DNA of 64,000 nt from Callorhinchus milii (Eukaryota). The notes under the pieces were generated by a model. It had not been told where the DNA came from, ran no database searches, and saw nothing but the letters and a program-made list of their open reading frames with translations. The position numbers were made by a program, and so were the translations under genes. The stretch covers positions 95,978,001 through 96,042,000 of the forward strand of contig NW_024704743.1 in NCBI RefSeq assembly GCF_018977255.1, in the 5' to 3' direction. Shown here piece by piece: positions 1-11,482 of the stretch (positions are counted from its first letter, which is position 1; each line of letters begins with the position of its first letter).

Positions 1-84
1 AATATCAGACACTAGGACGGAGGTCTCCAACTGGCTGATCGCTGCAAGGTAGCATCTCATGCATGCTGAATAAAAATAACAGGA

Positions 85-822
85 ACAATAACAAAGTTAC
101 ATTTTTATAGAGCCTTTTGTCGTCGAGAGGACCTCCTAAGGCATTGGACAATCAGTACTTCGGATACGAGCTAAGGGTCGGGATCGGGGAGGGTGGGAGG
201 GAGGTTAATCGAAGGCATGGTCAAAGAGATGGGTCTTGAAGGAGCCGGGGGGGGGGGGGGGGCGAGGCGTTGGGACTGCGAGATGGAGTTCCAGAGGGTG
301 GGGGCAGAGTGGCTGAAGGCCTGCCTGCCAATGGTGGAACGGGTGATGCAGGGAACGTGAAGCAGGCCGGAACCCGCTGAGCGGAGGGAGTGGGCAGGTT
401 GGTAAAGGGTTAGGAAGTCGCAGAGGTAAGGGGGAGCAAGACCACGGAGGGCTTTGAAAGTGCAGACCAGGATCTTGATCTGTATCCTCTGTGTGATGGG
501 AACCCAGTGGAGTCGGGCGAAGATGTGGGTGATTCACAGAGCCTGGCACGGGAGAGGACACAGGCTGTAGAGCTCTGGATGATCTACAACCTATGGAGAG
601 AGGAGTTGGGAAGGCCGACAGGCAGGGAGTTTGCATAGTCAAGCCTGGATATTTTGAATGCATGTTTGAAGGTTTCGGTGGCCTGCGGTGTGAGACAGTG
701 GCGGAGTTGGGTGAAGTTGCCGAGGGGGGAAGAAAAGGGGTCATGGCACGGATGTGGGGTAGACAGAATAGTTGAGGGTCAAACAAGACGCCAAGGTTCT
801 GGACAGGCTTAGTAAGGTGTAT
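85..822 (-). mobile_element. L2-clade LINE 3' fragment
   Basis: Frameshifted ORF2 C-terminus (FDPQLFCLPHIRAMT...SFKTHLFDHAF) and L2-type 3' tail. Confidence 0.85.
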
Positions 823-968
823 CCTTGCCAGGAGGGATATTTATTGCAATTTAAACATCAATGCTTATATTTTTATTTTAAGATGCATGAGATACTCTGG
901 CTTCAACTTTTTGAGTCAAAAACAACACAGTTCTGTCTCTTTTCTCTTGCCTTTTTGATTATGTACTA

Positions 969-984
969 CAGCGCCATCTAGTGT
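969..984 (-). promoter_or_regulatory. CTCF-like motif
   Basis: Reverse complement ACACTAGATGGCGCTG fits the CTCF core; motif match only. Confidence 0.4.
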
Positions 985-1734
985 TGATCAATTCGGAGGG
1001 ATTTGGAGACACCTGCTCTCGGACATCATTTCTTCTTAGAGGATCATGTCTTTTCAACGCTAGGATGACCATGACCAAACAACCCCCCAAAACTTTACCT
1101 GAGCACACCCAGAGACAGCTTCAAGAACAATAAAATTATTTATATAACACCTTTCATGTCAGGAAGACACCTCAAAGATTCTCACTGCTTGTAGACCAAT
1201 TGCATTCTGAACAGGAAGGTTTCAAACCTTACATTGCCTGCTAGACAACAGTTACCAATACGATACAGGTATCCAGATATTTGACATTTTGCCACTGGGC
1301 TATTTTTTGTAAAACAACCAACCAACAACAACTTGCACTTGAAAAGCACCTATCACATAAGTGAACTCCTTGATGTTTTTACAGAAACAGAGTGGGAGAT
1401 AGGAGGGGTAAATGGAAGGAAGCCAAAGATGCAGTCAAAGAGATAGGTTTTTAGATGGTTTTGAAAGCTCAGAGGGAGGGAGCAAGGCGGAGGGATTTAG
1501 GGAGAGTTTTAGAAAGCAGGGACAAGATGGCTGAAAGCTGAACCGCCTGTGGTGGGTCTGAGGGAGCAGAGACATACAGGCCAGAGTTGGCAGAGCAAAG
1601 AGAATGGGCAGGAAATAAATCAACAGATCATAAACATAGATTAGGGCAACTATTTGAACGAGGATCTTTAATACAATCCGCTGAGGAAATAGGGAGCTGA
1701 TGGAGCCTGGCAAGGGGAGAGCTGAACGGGCTCA

Positions 1735-2950
1735 AACAACAACAACAAAATTATATTTGTAAAGCGCCTTTCAAGTTGAGAGGATGTCCCAAGGCGCTGG
1801 ACCAGACAGAGATATGGACCCGAGCTGGGGGTCGGGGTTATGGAGGGTGCATCGCAGTGGGGGAAGCAGAGAGATCGAAAGCACGGTCGAAGAGGAGGGT
1901 CTTGAGATAGGTCTTGAAGGAGGCAAGGGAGGGGGCAAGGCGGAGGGACTGCAGGATAGAGTTCCAGAGGGTGGGGACAGAGTGGCGGAAGTCCCACCCG
2001 CCAATAGTGGGGTGAGCAAGGCGGCGGACGTGAAGCAGGCCGGAGCCCACTGAGCGGAGAGCACGAGCAGGGTGGTAGAGGGTTAGGAGGTCGCAGAGGT
2101 AGGGGGGAACAAGACCATGGAGGGGTTTGAAGGTGAGGAACAGGATCTTGAACTGCATCGTCTGTTTGATGGGAAGATGGGGGTGATAGGGTCGTGGAGC
2201 CTAGGACGGGAGAGGACACAGGCTACAGAGTTCTTGCAGCCTCGGGAGAGAGGAGTTGCGGAGGCCGACAAGCAATGAGTTTGTATAGTCGAGCCTCAAT
2301 GTAATGAAAGCATGTATGAGGGTTTTGGCGGTCTGCGGTGTGCCAGTGTCGGAGCTGGTCGACGTTACGGAGGTGGGGAAGGCAGAGTGGGTCATGGCGC
2401 AGATGTGGGGTAGAAAGGATAGTTGAGAGTCAAACAAGACCCCAAGGTTCCAGACTGGATTAGTAAGGCGGAGTGTGCAACCATGGATGGTGATGCTGTC
2501 AGCGTCTGAGGTGTGGAGGTGCTGACGGGAGACAATCAGGAGAGCCTCGGTCTCGTTGACGTTCAACTGAAGAAAGTTAGCTCTCATCCAGGACTTGATG
2601 TCCAAAAGACATAGAGTGGTTGGCAGTGTCAAAAGCAGCAGAGAGGTCAAGGAGGACAAGGAGGCTGAGAGCCTTGGTTGCAGATGGACAGAATATTATT
2701 TGTCACTTTGACCAGGACTGTTTCTGTGCAGTGGGCTGCAGGGAAACCCGATTGGAGCGGTTCGAGAAGGGAGTGGCAGGAGAGGAAGTAGCGAAGCTGA
2801 GAAGCAACAGCTCGTTTTACGACCTTGGAGAGGAAGGGGAGGTTGGAGATGGGGTAAAAGTTAGGGAGTAGAGAAGGATGCAGGGAGGGTTTTTTAAGAA
2901 TAGGAGTGATGACAGCGTTTTTTAATGTGGTGGGAACAGTACCAGACAAT
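1735..2950 (-). mobile_element. L2-clade LINE fragment with internal deletion
   Basis: RT pieces PILKKPSL..PISNLPFLSKV, QSGF..TETVL, DLSAAFDT, DIKSWM..FLQLN, FKTYLKTLLFDRAF; (TTG)n tail. Confidence 0.9.
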
Positions 2951-4421
2951 GTGTGAGTAGAGGAAACTTATGTGTGGGAGAATAGCAGAACAAAACTGGC
3001 AACAAAATCAAATCCTTATTTCAAACTACACTTGCTTAGGGTTAATTCATTGTAAATACGGTTAACTGATTAAACATTGTAGTACAGAAACAGTAATGTA
3101 TAAAGACACTTCAGAGCCAAAGACTTTGAACCTTTGAATAAGGGCCAGAAAACATAAGTTTACATTTAAAATGATGTAGATCAAAATCTACTTTATGCAG
3201 TCTAAACAAACACAGTTGTCTATATATAAAAAGTACATCAGAATTTAAACCTTTCACACAGCATTTTGGTGACAGCATCACCTGCAAATTTTGACTCACC
3301 TCCTATATACAATTCCAAATCATTTTTGTTCATGGTGAACAAAGCAATCCTAATACTAATCCCTGAGAACATCACAATGTACTTTTTGTTTTATATTTTC
3401 TAGCCATCTCTCAATCCATTCTGCTACCTCTCCTACGTCTCCACAATTGCCTTAATTTAGCCATAAGTCTCTTATTCAGTGCCTTGTCAAAGACTTTCTG
3501 GAAGTTCATAAATACTACAATCACTGCATTTCTCTTGTCTACAGCAACAGATTGCATTTATCACAGAATCTCAAGGCCTGTGCCAGCACTTTAAAAGAGC
3601 TATCAACTAGTCCCACTCCCCCCCACCCCCCCCCCCCCCGCCCCGCTCCTACCCCAAATTCCTTTTTAAAGTACCTATCCACATTTACGTAGTGAATTTC
3701 ACACTGGAAGGACATCCCAAGGCGCCAAACAGTCGAGGGTTTTGAACCCGAACTGAGGGTTGAATTTGGAAGTGGTGGGGGCCAAGGAGGGACTTATCTA
3801 TCACTTCTTCAAATAATCAAAGAAGTCGATTGTCGGATTGCTTTTCTGGGGATAAAAATACTTTTTTTTAAAAAATTATTCAATCCACAACTGTTTGTGG
3901 GACACTGCTGTGCACAATTGGCTGCTGTGTTTCTCCCACAAAATATAGTCAATCCACTTTACAGTATATCCTTGAAGATGTGATAAGGCACTATATCAAA
4001 TGCAAGGATTATTATTATTAGTTAAATAAGACGATTAACCATGACCTTCCTTCAATAAATTTATGCTGGCTGCTTTTCTCTTTCTTGAGATACTTTGTTA
4101 TTTCATTCTCTATTACAAATTCCAGTACCTTATCCACCAAGGATAACTAGATAACTAGCCAGTAGTTTCCTGGATTATCTCCTTATCTATCTACTTTTTT
4201 TTAAGGGGGAAGAAGATAAAAGCAAATTGATTTGTTGCACAGATTGTTTTCCGGGGACTTCCTGTAAAGCCATTCTTCCTGAATCTATAGGTTCCTGAAT
4301 CTCTTGGTAAATACAATAATAATACATGGCCTCAGATGCAGGAGTAAATTCAATCTCTGAACAAAATCCAAACCTGATGTCAGGAGTGTGGAACAGTATA
4401 GAATTGGACAATTGGACTTAC

Positions 4422-4623
4422 CATCACCCCGACCTGTACTTAATGCTTCTGGAGAAAGAGCAAGTGATGCAGATGAAGGTTTTGATTTGGATTTCTCCAG
4501 GAGACTACTTTCATCCACATTTGTTGGAGCAGAGTGATAACGGGCATTCTGATTTGGCCCACATATCATACCAAAAGCTTTGGATGGTGGCATGGAATGC
4601 TGATCATCATTTTCATAAGGTAC
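4422..4623 (-). CDS. RAD54B: RAD54B second coding exon (202 nt, phase 0 to 1); gene continues beyond the left edge
   Basis: Acceptor ttaacag at 4624 and donor G|GTAAGT at 4421. Frame is open (VPYENDDQHSMPPSKAF...STGRGD) and in phase with the ATG exon. The peptide is poorly conserved, so the call rests on splice signals and phase. Confidence 0.75.
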
Positions 4624-4711
4624 CTGTTAACAGAAGTTGAACATTAGTTGGTAGTTTACATTTAGTCTATCTAAAAGCTTTTCAACTCCAATCCATGTTT
4701 ATACTTAATAC

Positions 4712-6005
4712 AAAACAAATTTAGGTTTATATAGCATGTTTCATGTCAGGATGACATCCCAAAATGCTTAACAGTACTGTCTGGGCACCCGAGCTGGGAG
4801 TGGAAGCCAACAGGGGTGGGGAGGAGAAAGATAACCTAAAGTGCAAAGAACTGGATCTTGAGATGGTCCTGGAACAAGACCATCTCAAGGGAACAAGTCA
4901 GAGGATATCAGAGATGGAGGTCCAGAATGGGGGCAGAAAACCTGCCCACCAATGATGGCGTAAGTAGGGTAGGGACATCAAGGAGCCAGTATTCACCGAG
5001 TGTCCAGCTCAGTAGGGTTTCAGGAGGAAGCAGAGATAGAGTAGGGCAAGACCATGGCGGGATTTAAAGGTGAGAAGAAGTATCTTGAACTTGATCTGCT
5101 GAGGGATGGGGAGCCAAAGGAACAGAGTGAGGATGTGGGTTGATAGACTCGCAGAGTCTGGTGCGGAAAAAGTGAAGAGCTGTACAGTTCTGGATAATCT
5201 ACAGTTTACGTTGGGAAGAGCAGAGAAGAGCGAACAGAGCGTTAGAGCAGTCAAGCCTGCACATGATAAATACATGAATGTGGGTCTTAGTAGCCTGAGG
5301 AGATAGATAATGGTGGAGGTGGGCAATGTTTCAGAGATAAAGGAACGTTGAGTGGGTCAGAGCACAATGTGGGGTTTGAAGGACAGTTGGTAGTCAATCA
5401 AGACACCAAGGCTCCAGAGCAACTCCTTGAGGTGGAGTGTACATGCACACAGGTTGCTGCTGTCAGCACTTAAAGTGAGAAGGCCCTCATGGGAACCAAG
5501 CAAGAGAGCCTCTGTCTTGTCAACGTTGAACTCAAGAAAGTTAAGAGCTCATCCAGAACTACATGTCTGACAGGCAATCAGTCAGAACAGGAATCGTCCG
5601 GGAATAGAAGCACATTCGGGTTAGAGTTGTGTGTCATCCACTTACATGTTGAAGGGTTCCAATGTCTGCGGATAACATTGCAGAGTGGGAGCATATAGAT
5701 ATTGGAGACGAGAGACCGAAAATAGAGCCCCGAAGAACACCGCATACGACAGTGTGAGGTGGGGGGGTGTGGGGGGAAGTTGGGGAAACAATCAGAGAAA
5801 GTGAAATCACTGGGAGAGGTAAGAATTAAACCAGAATAGGTCAGAACTATGGAGGTGGAGCTGAGAGGCGACAGAGAAGGACAGCGTAGTTGATCATTTC
5901 CAAGACAGCAGAGAAAAACTAGGAGGCAGAGAGAACCCTGGTCACAGATGGAAAGAATGTCATTGGTGAGTTTGCATAGGGTAATCTCAGTATTGTGAGC
6001 CAGGC
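4712..6005 (-). mobile_element. Older L2-clade LINE fragment in RAD54B intron
   Basis: Degenerate TEITLCKLTNDIL, NIYMLPL and WLPIPQQIKFKILLLTFK motifs. Confidence 0.85.
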
Positions 6006-6229
6006 TGATACCATTCACACTCTGCGCTTTTGTAACCTTGAGTTTAGTGGAAAAATACTGTCATTTTTTTAAAAGGTAAACAAACGTGTGCGGTTGCAAA
6101 TAAAACTGCATTGGTAGTCGCAACACGAAAATCTACGTTCATAGCAAGTGCAGAAACCGTAATGCAAGGAGTGAAAACCAAATCCTCGCTCACATTGCTT
6201 CAACAAGGTAAGGTACCGGTTAAAAGTAC

Positions 6230-6745
6230 TGTTTGGTTAAGCCCTCGTCACGAGGCAGATTGTATCAGACGTGACAAGTTGGTTGTGTTTGTACCTGGTG
6301 GCTCTTCTGGGGGATGGTTAAAGGCGGTTGTTCAGCAGTTCCCGAGCCAAGCTTCTGGGTGTCAGTGTTGCCAGGTGGGACGAACCGGAACCTTTTCACC
6401 GGGTTCCCGCTGAGTTGGCTCGGAGCTGCGGATCTTCTCATATCAGCCGCTCGCCACGACCGACGTCTACGACTGCAGCTGCCGCAGGGAGGCAGCGTCT
6501 GACGGACACAGAGAGACGGCGAGCGGGTGTCCGACAGTGTCCAGACGGCCACACGCAGAGCGAGTGTGCACACGGAAACAGACACACAGGTAATGCCGAC
6601 AACAACACAGAGACAGACAGAGTGTCCGCACCGACTCCCGCAGTGCCCGCACTCACACAGCAAAACACCTTCAACTTTCCCGCCTTCCCGGCGACCCTCG
6701 CGCTGAGATCCAGCATTACCTGGTGCGCATGTGCGGGACGATGCT
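6230..6745 (-). promoter_or_regulatory. CpG-rich RAD54B promoter / 5' end with E2F-like and NRF1-like motifs and a probable non-coding exon 1
   Basis: High CpG density; TTTCCCGC at 6676-6683; TGCGCATGTGCG at 6724-6735; minus-strand donor CAG|GTAATG at about 6719 and pyrimidine-rich acceptor tctctctgtgtccgtcag near 6500. Confidence 0.65.
6295..6441 (-). CDS. RAD54B: RAD54B first coding exon (147 nt)
   Basis: Translates MRRSAAPSQLSGNPVKRFRFVPPG, matching the recalled RAD54B N-terminus (MRRSAAPSQL..KKPKFIPPG). Donor CAG|GTACAA. The RAD54B-VIRMA neighbourhood favours RAD54B over RAD54L. Confidence 0.9.
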
Positions 6746-6919
6746 GACCTTCCCATTGCAGTACTCTTTCTGCACAGATCCCCACTGTTCCTGTGTCATC
6801 ATTAATACACTCCTCCAACATTTAATTACAATTATTTATCTCTATATATATATGTTTGTGGTTTATGCTATAATATGCAACATTACAACCAATTCCATCT
6901 TATTATGCTTGGTCCGCGC

Positions 6920-8940
6920 TGTGCTGGGAGGTGATGTACAGTCAGTGTTGGGCTGTGTTGGGAGGTGATGTACAGTCAGTGTGGGGTGTGTTTGGAGGTG
7001 ATGTACAGTCAGTGTTGGGCTGTGTTTGGAGGTGATGTACAGTCAGTGTTGGGCTGTGTTTGGAGGTGATGTACAGTCAGTGTTGGGCTGTGTTTGGAGG
7101 TGATGTACAGTCAGTGTTGGGCTGTGTTGAGAGGTGATGTACAGTCAGTGTTGGGCTGTGTTGAGAGGTGATGTACAGTCAGTGTGGGCTGTGTTGAGAG
7201 TGATGTACAGTCAGTGATGGGCTGTGTTGAGAGGTGATGTACAGTCAGTGATGGGCTGTGTTGGGAGGTGATGTACAGTCAGTGTTGGGCTGTGTTTGGA
7301 GGTGATGTACAGTCAGTGTTGGGCTGTGTTGGAGGTGATGTACAGTCAGTGTTGGGCTGTGTTGGAGGTGATGTACAGTCAGTGTTGGGCTGTGTTGGAG
7401 GTGATGTACAGTCAGTGTTGGGTGTGGAGGGGTGATGTACAGTCAGTGTTGGGGTGTGGGAGGTGATGTACAGTCAGTGATGGGCTGTGTTGAGAGGTGA
7501 TGTACAGTCAGTGATGGGCTGTGTTTGGAGGTGATGTACAGTCAGTGTTGGGCTGTGTTGAGAGGTGATGTACAGTCAGTGATGGGCTGTGTTGGGAGGT
7601 GATGTACAGTCAGTGTTGGGCTGTGTTGAGAGGTGATGTACAGTCAGTGTTGGGGTGTGTTTGGAGGTGATGTACAGTCAGTGTTGGGCTGTGTTGGAGG
7701 TGATGTACAGTCAGTGTTGGGCTGTGGGGGTGTGTCAGGTGGGGTGTGGAGGTGTACAGTCAGTGTTGGGCTGTGTTGGAGGTGATGTACAGTCAGTGTT
7801 GGGAGGTGATGTACAGTCAGTGTTGGGGTGTGTTTGGAGGTGATTACAGTAGCAGTGTGGCTGTGGGAGGTGATGTACAGTCAGTGTGGGCTGTGTTGAG
7901 AGGTGATGTACAGTCAGTGTTGGGCTGTGTTGAGAGGTGATGTACAGTCAGTGTTGGGCTGTGTTGGAGGTGATGTACAGTCAGTGTTGGGCTGTGTGTT
8001 GAGGGGTGTGGTACAGTGGGCGTGGGAGGTGATGAACAGTCAGTGTTGGGTTGTGTTTGGAGGTGATGTACAGTCAGTGTTGGGCTGTGTTGAGGTGATG
8101 TACAGTCAGTGTTGGGCTGGTGGAGGTGATGTACAGTCAGTGTTGGGCTGTGTTGGGAGGTGATGTACAGTCAGTGTTGGGCTGTGTTGAGAGGTGATGT
8201 ACAGTCAGTGTTGGGCTGTGTTGAGAGGTGATGTACAGTCAGTGTTGGGCTGTGTTGAGAGGTGATGTACAGTCAGTGTTGGGTGTGTTGGGGTGATGTA
8301 CAGTCAGTGTTGGGCTGTGTTTGGAGGTGATGTACAGTCAGTGATGGGCTGTGTTGAGAGGTGATGTACAGTCAGTGTTGGGCTGTGTTGAGAGGTGATG
8401 TACAGTCAGTGTTGGGCTGTGTTTGGAGGTGATGTACAGTCAGTGTTGGGCTGTGTTTGGAGGTGATGTACAGTCAGTGTTGGGCTGTGTTGGGAGGTGA
8501 TGTACAGTCAGTGTTGGGCTGTGTTGGGAGGTGATGTACAGTCAGTGTTGGGCTGTGTTGGGGTGTGATGTACAGTCAGTGTTGGGCTGTGTTGGGAGGT
8601 GATGTACAGTCAGTGTTGGGCTGTGTTGGGAGGTGATGTACAGTCAGTGATGGGCTGTGTTGGGAGGTGATGTACAGTCAGTGTTGGGCTGTGTTGAGAG
8701 GTGATGTACAGTCAGTGTGGGCTGTGTTGAGAGGTGATGTACAGTCAGTGATGGGCTGTGTTGAGAGGTGATGTACAGTCAGTGTTGGGCTGTGTTGAGA
8801 GGTGATGTACAGTCAGTGTTGGGCTGTGTTGAGAGGTGATGTACAGTCAGTGTTGGGCTGTGTTGAGAGGTGATGTACAGTCAGTGTTGGGCTGTGTTGA
8901 GAGGTGATGTACAGTCAGTGTTGGGCTGTGTTTGGAGGTG
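6920..8940. repeat. Minisatellite, ~33-34 bp unit GAGGTGATGTACAGTCAGTGTTGGGCTGTGTTGA, about 60 copies
   Basis: Directly visible tandem array; period 34 measured at 8821 to 8855; degenerate patch around 7720-8120. Confidence 0.98.
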
Positions 8941-8944
8941 ACAT

Positions 8945-9105
8945 TGTTACGTTACCGGCGCCGCTGTCGGGCTCTCACGCCGCGGTGCTGGGTGTTGTCA
9001 TGGTAACGGCCCGCCCTCCCCGCTTTACGACATTCAGTTTCCGGCGCTTTGCGGCAGTGGTTGATGGGATTGGAGGCGCGGCTCGAGCGGTGTATCCGGT
9101 TAGTA
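8945..9105 (+). promoter_or_regulatory. CpG-rich promoter / first exon candidate for the RING gene, with RFX X-box
   Basis: Short CpG island; GTTGTCATGGTAAC at 8994-9007 (X-box consensus GTTGCCATGGCAAC); GC-box cccgccc just after; donor CCG|GTTAGT at 9099. Confidence 0.6.
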
Positions 9106-9299
9106 ACCAGTAATCATGTTAGTAATAATACTAGTTATAGAAGTTACTGGCACTAATACAGGTTTACAGTACTAATAATGGTAATGCAGTTTAGTACCGC
9201 GAGAGTAATAATACTGGTTTATAGGTTATGGTAATATTAGTACTAATGCTGGTTACATAGGGAACTGGTTATAGGGGTTATTTAGGTTATTGCTGTCAT

Positions 9300-9510
9300 A
9301 ATAATAACAATAATAATCATTGCATTTGATATAGCGCTTTTCACGTCTTCTCGACGTCCCAAAGCGCTTCACAGAACACACTGTAAAGTGAATTGACTGT
9401 ATATTTGTGGGCGAACGCGGCAGCCAATTGCGCACAACAATGTCCCACAAACAGTCGTGGATTGAAAATGACCAATTTATTATTGTTTGTGGTTTTGGAG
9501 GATTATTATA
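9300..9510 (-). mobile_element. 5'-truncated copy of the same SINE
   Basis: Nearly identical to 10190-10390. Confidence 0.85.
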
Positions 9511-9774
9511 CTGGTGATATAGATTAATAAGGAGGTACAATGATTGAAATAAAATTCCCACATCTGCAATGGAATGCACACCCTCGCGTTAGGGGGACGC
9601 ACTGTGCTCACCTGATGTCTGACCTGAAGAGGCACAGATTGGTGGGAGCGAAGTCTCGGGGACCGCAGATGTATTGCTGACGGGTCACCAGCTGCAGCCG
9701 CATAGCCTTGCCATTCATATTAGTATCTTGACAAGCTTTCCTGCTGCTTGTCCAGCAAGGATCACCCGAAGTGT

Positions 9775-11045
9775 TAGGGCTCAGCTTGCAGGGTTAAACG
9801 GGAGTTGAGTGGGCAGACAGGTTTATAGGGTGTCAGCAGGTCAGAGATGAAGGAGGGGGCAAGGCCATGGGGGGCCTTAGAAGTGAGGACGAGGATTTTG
9901 AATTTTATCCTCTGAGCAATGGGGAGCCGGTGGAGCCGGGCGAGGGTGAGTGTGATGGGGTCACGCAGCCTGGTGTTTGAAAGGACACGAGCTGCAGAGT
10001 TCTGGATGATCTGCAGCTTGTGGAGGAAGGAATTGGGGAGGCCGACAATTAGGGAGTTTCCGTAGTCAAGCCTTGAGGCGACGAATTTGTGTATGAGGCG
10101 GCCTGAGGGGTGAGGCAGTGGCGGAGTTCGGCAATGTTGCGGAGGTGGGGGAAGGCAGAGCGGGTCATGGCACAGATAATAATAATAATAATAATAATCC
10201 TTGCATTTGATATAGTGCTTTTCACATTGGGAGGACGTCCCAAAGCGCTTCACAGAACATACTGTAAAGTGAATTGACTGTATATTTGTGGGCGAACGCG
10301 GCAGCCAATTGCGCACAGCAATGTCCCACAAACAGTCGTAGATTGAAAATGACCAATTTATTATTGTTTTGTTTTTTGGAGGGATTATTATTAGGCGTGT
10401 GGAGTAAGGAAACTTGCCCAAGGTTTCGCCCTGCCTGGAATTGAACTCATGTCTCTCGCTTGCAAAGCGAGTGCTCTTAACCACTGAGCTACAGGACACC
10501 ACCATGGGCGTCATCGGCATACATGTGGAAGTTGATCCCATGTTTGCAGATGATGTCACCAAGTATGTAGAGGTTGAAGAGGAGGGGACCGAGGATACAG
10601 CCCTGAGGAACACCACACAAGACTGTGCGGGGCTGGAGGAGAAACTGTTGCAGGAGACAGATTTGAGATGGTGTGAGAGATGAGATCTGAACCATTCAAG
10701 GACAGAATCTTGAAGGTTGAGGTGAGAGGAGAGGCGGTGGAGGGGGATGGAGTGATCTATGGTATCGAAGGCAGTAGAGAGGACGAGGAGGCAGATGGAG
10801 CCCTGATCACAGATGGACAAAATGTCATTTGTCATCTTGACCAGTGCAGTTTCCGTGCTGTGAGCACAGAAACCCAATTGGAGGGGCTTGTGAAGGGAGT
10901 GGTAGGAGCAGAATGAGCGAAGCTGGGAAGCAACGAGTCTTTCAAGAACCTTCGAAAGAAAAGGGAGGTTGAAGAGGGGCCGGTATTTAGAAGGCAGGGA
11001 TGGGTCCAGGGAAGGTTTTTTCAGGATTGAGGTGATTATAGCTGT
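9775..11045 (-). mobile_element. L2-clade LINE fragment interrupted by a SINE
   Basis: [49 protein letters not shown] motifs. Confidence 0.9.
10177..10498 (-). mobile_element. tRNA-derived SINE nested in the L2
   Basis: Head GTCCTGTAGCTCAGTGGTTAAGAGCACTCGC with B-box; (ATT)n tail. Confidence 0.9.
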
Positions 11046-11160
11046 TTTTCCAAACGAGTGGAAAATGTTTTGAATGTACTCCCAAAAGTGGACATCCAAA
11101 AGAGGGGAAAATGTTTAGTCCAAAATTCAATTTCATTGTTACTTGAATTGCCTGGTTAGA

Positions 11161-11482
11161 ATAATAATAATAATCCTTGCATTTGATATAGCGCTTTTCA
11201 CGTCTTCTCGACATCTCAAAGCGCTTCACAGAATATACTGTAAAGTGGTTTGACCGTACATTTGTGGGCGAAACGCGGCAGTCAATTGCATACAGAAGTG
11301 TCCCACAAACAGTCGTGGATTGAAAATTATTAATTTATTATTGTTTTTTGTTTTTTTGGAGGGATTATTTTTAGCGTGTGGAGTAAGGAAACTTGCCCAA
11401 GGTTTCGCCCTGACCTGCCTGGAATTGAACTCAGGTATTTCGCTCAAAGGCGAGTGCTCTAACCACTGAGCTACAGGACTCC
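11161..11482 (-). mobile_element. tRNA-derived SINE, full length
   Basis: Same head, body and (ATT)n tail as 10177 and 18249. Confidence 0.9.

Noticed and set aside
6265..6821. Cluster of overlapping ORFs in the CpG island
   Set aside because: GC-rich, stop-poor sequence; only 6295-6441 is RAD54B coding.
6920..8940. CRISPR-like array of ~34-bp repeats and the repetitive ORFs in it
   Set aside because: Units are head-to-tail with no unique spacers, there are no cas genes and the context is vertebrate. The ORFs are just translations of the repeat.
9774..11099. 441-aa ORF as a real gene or domesticated reverse transcriptase
   Set aside because: It drifts in and out of the L2 frame, includes translated SINE and a poly-Tyr tail, and YADD is in another frame.
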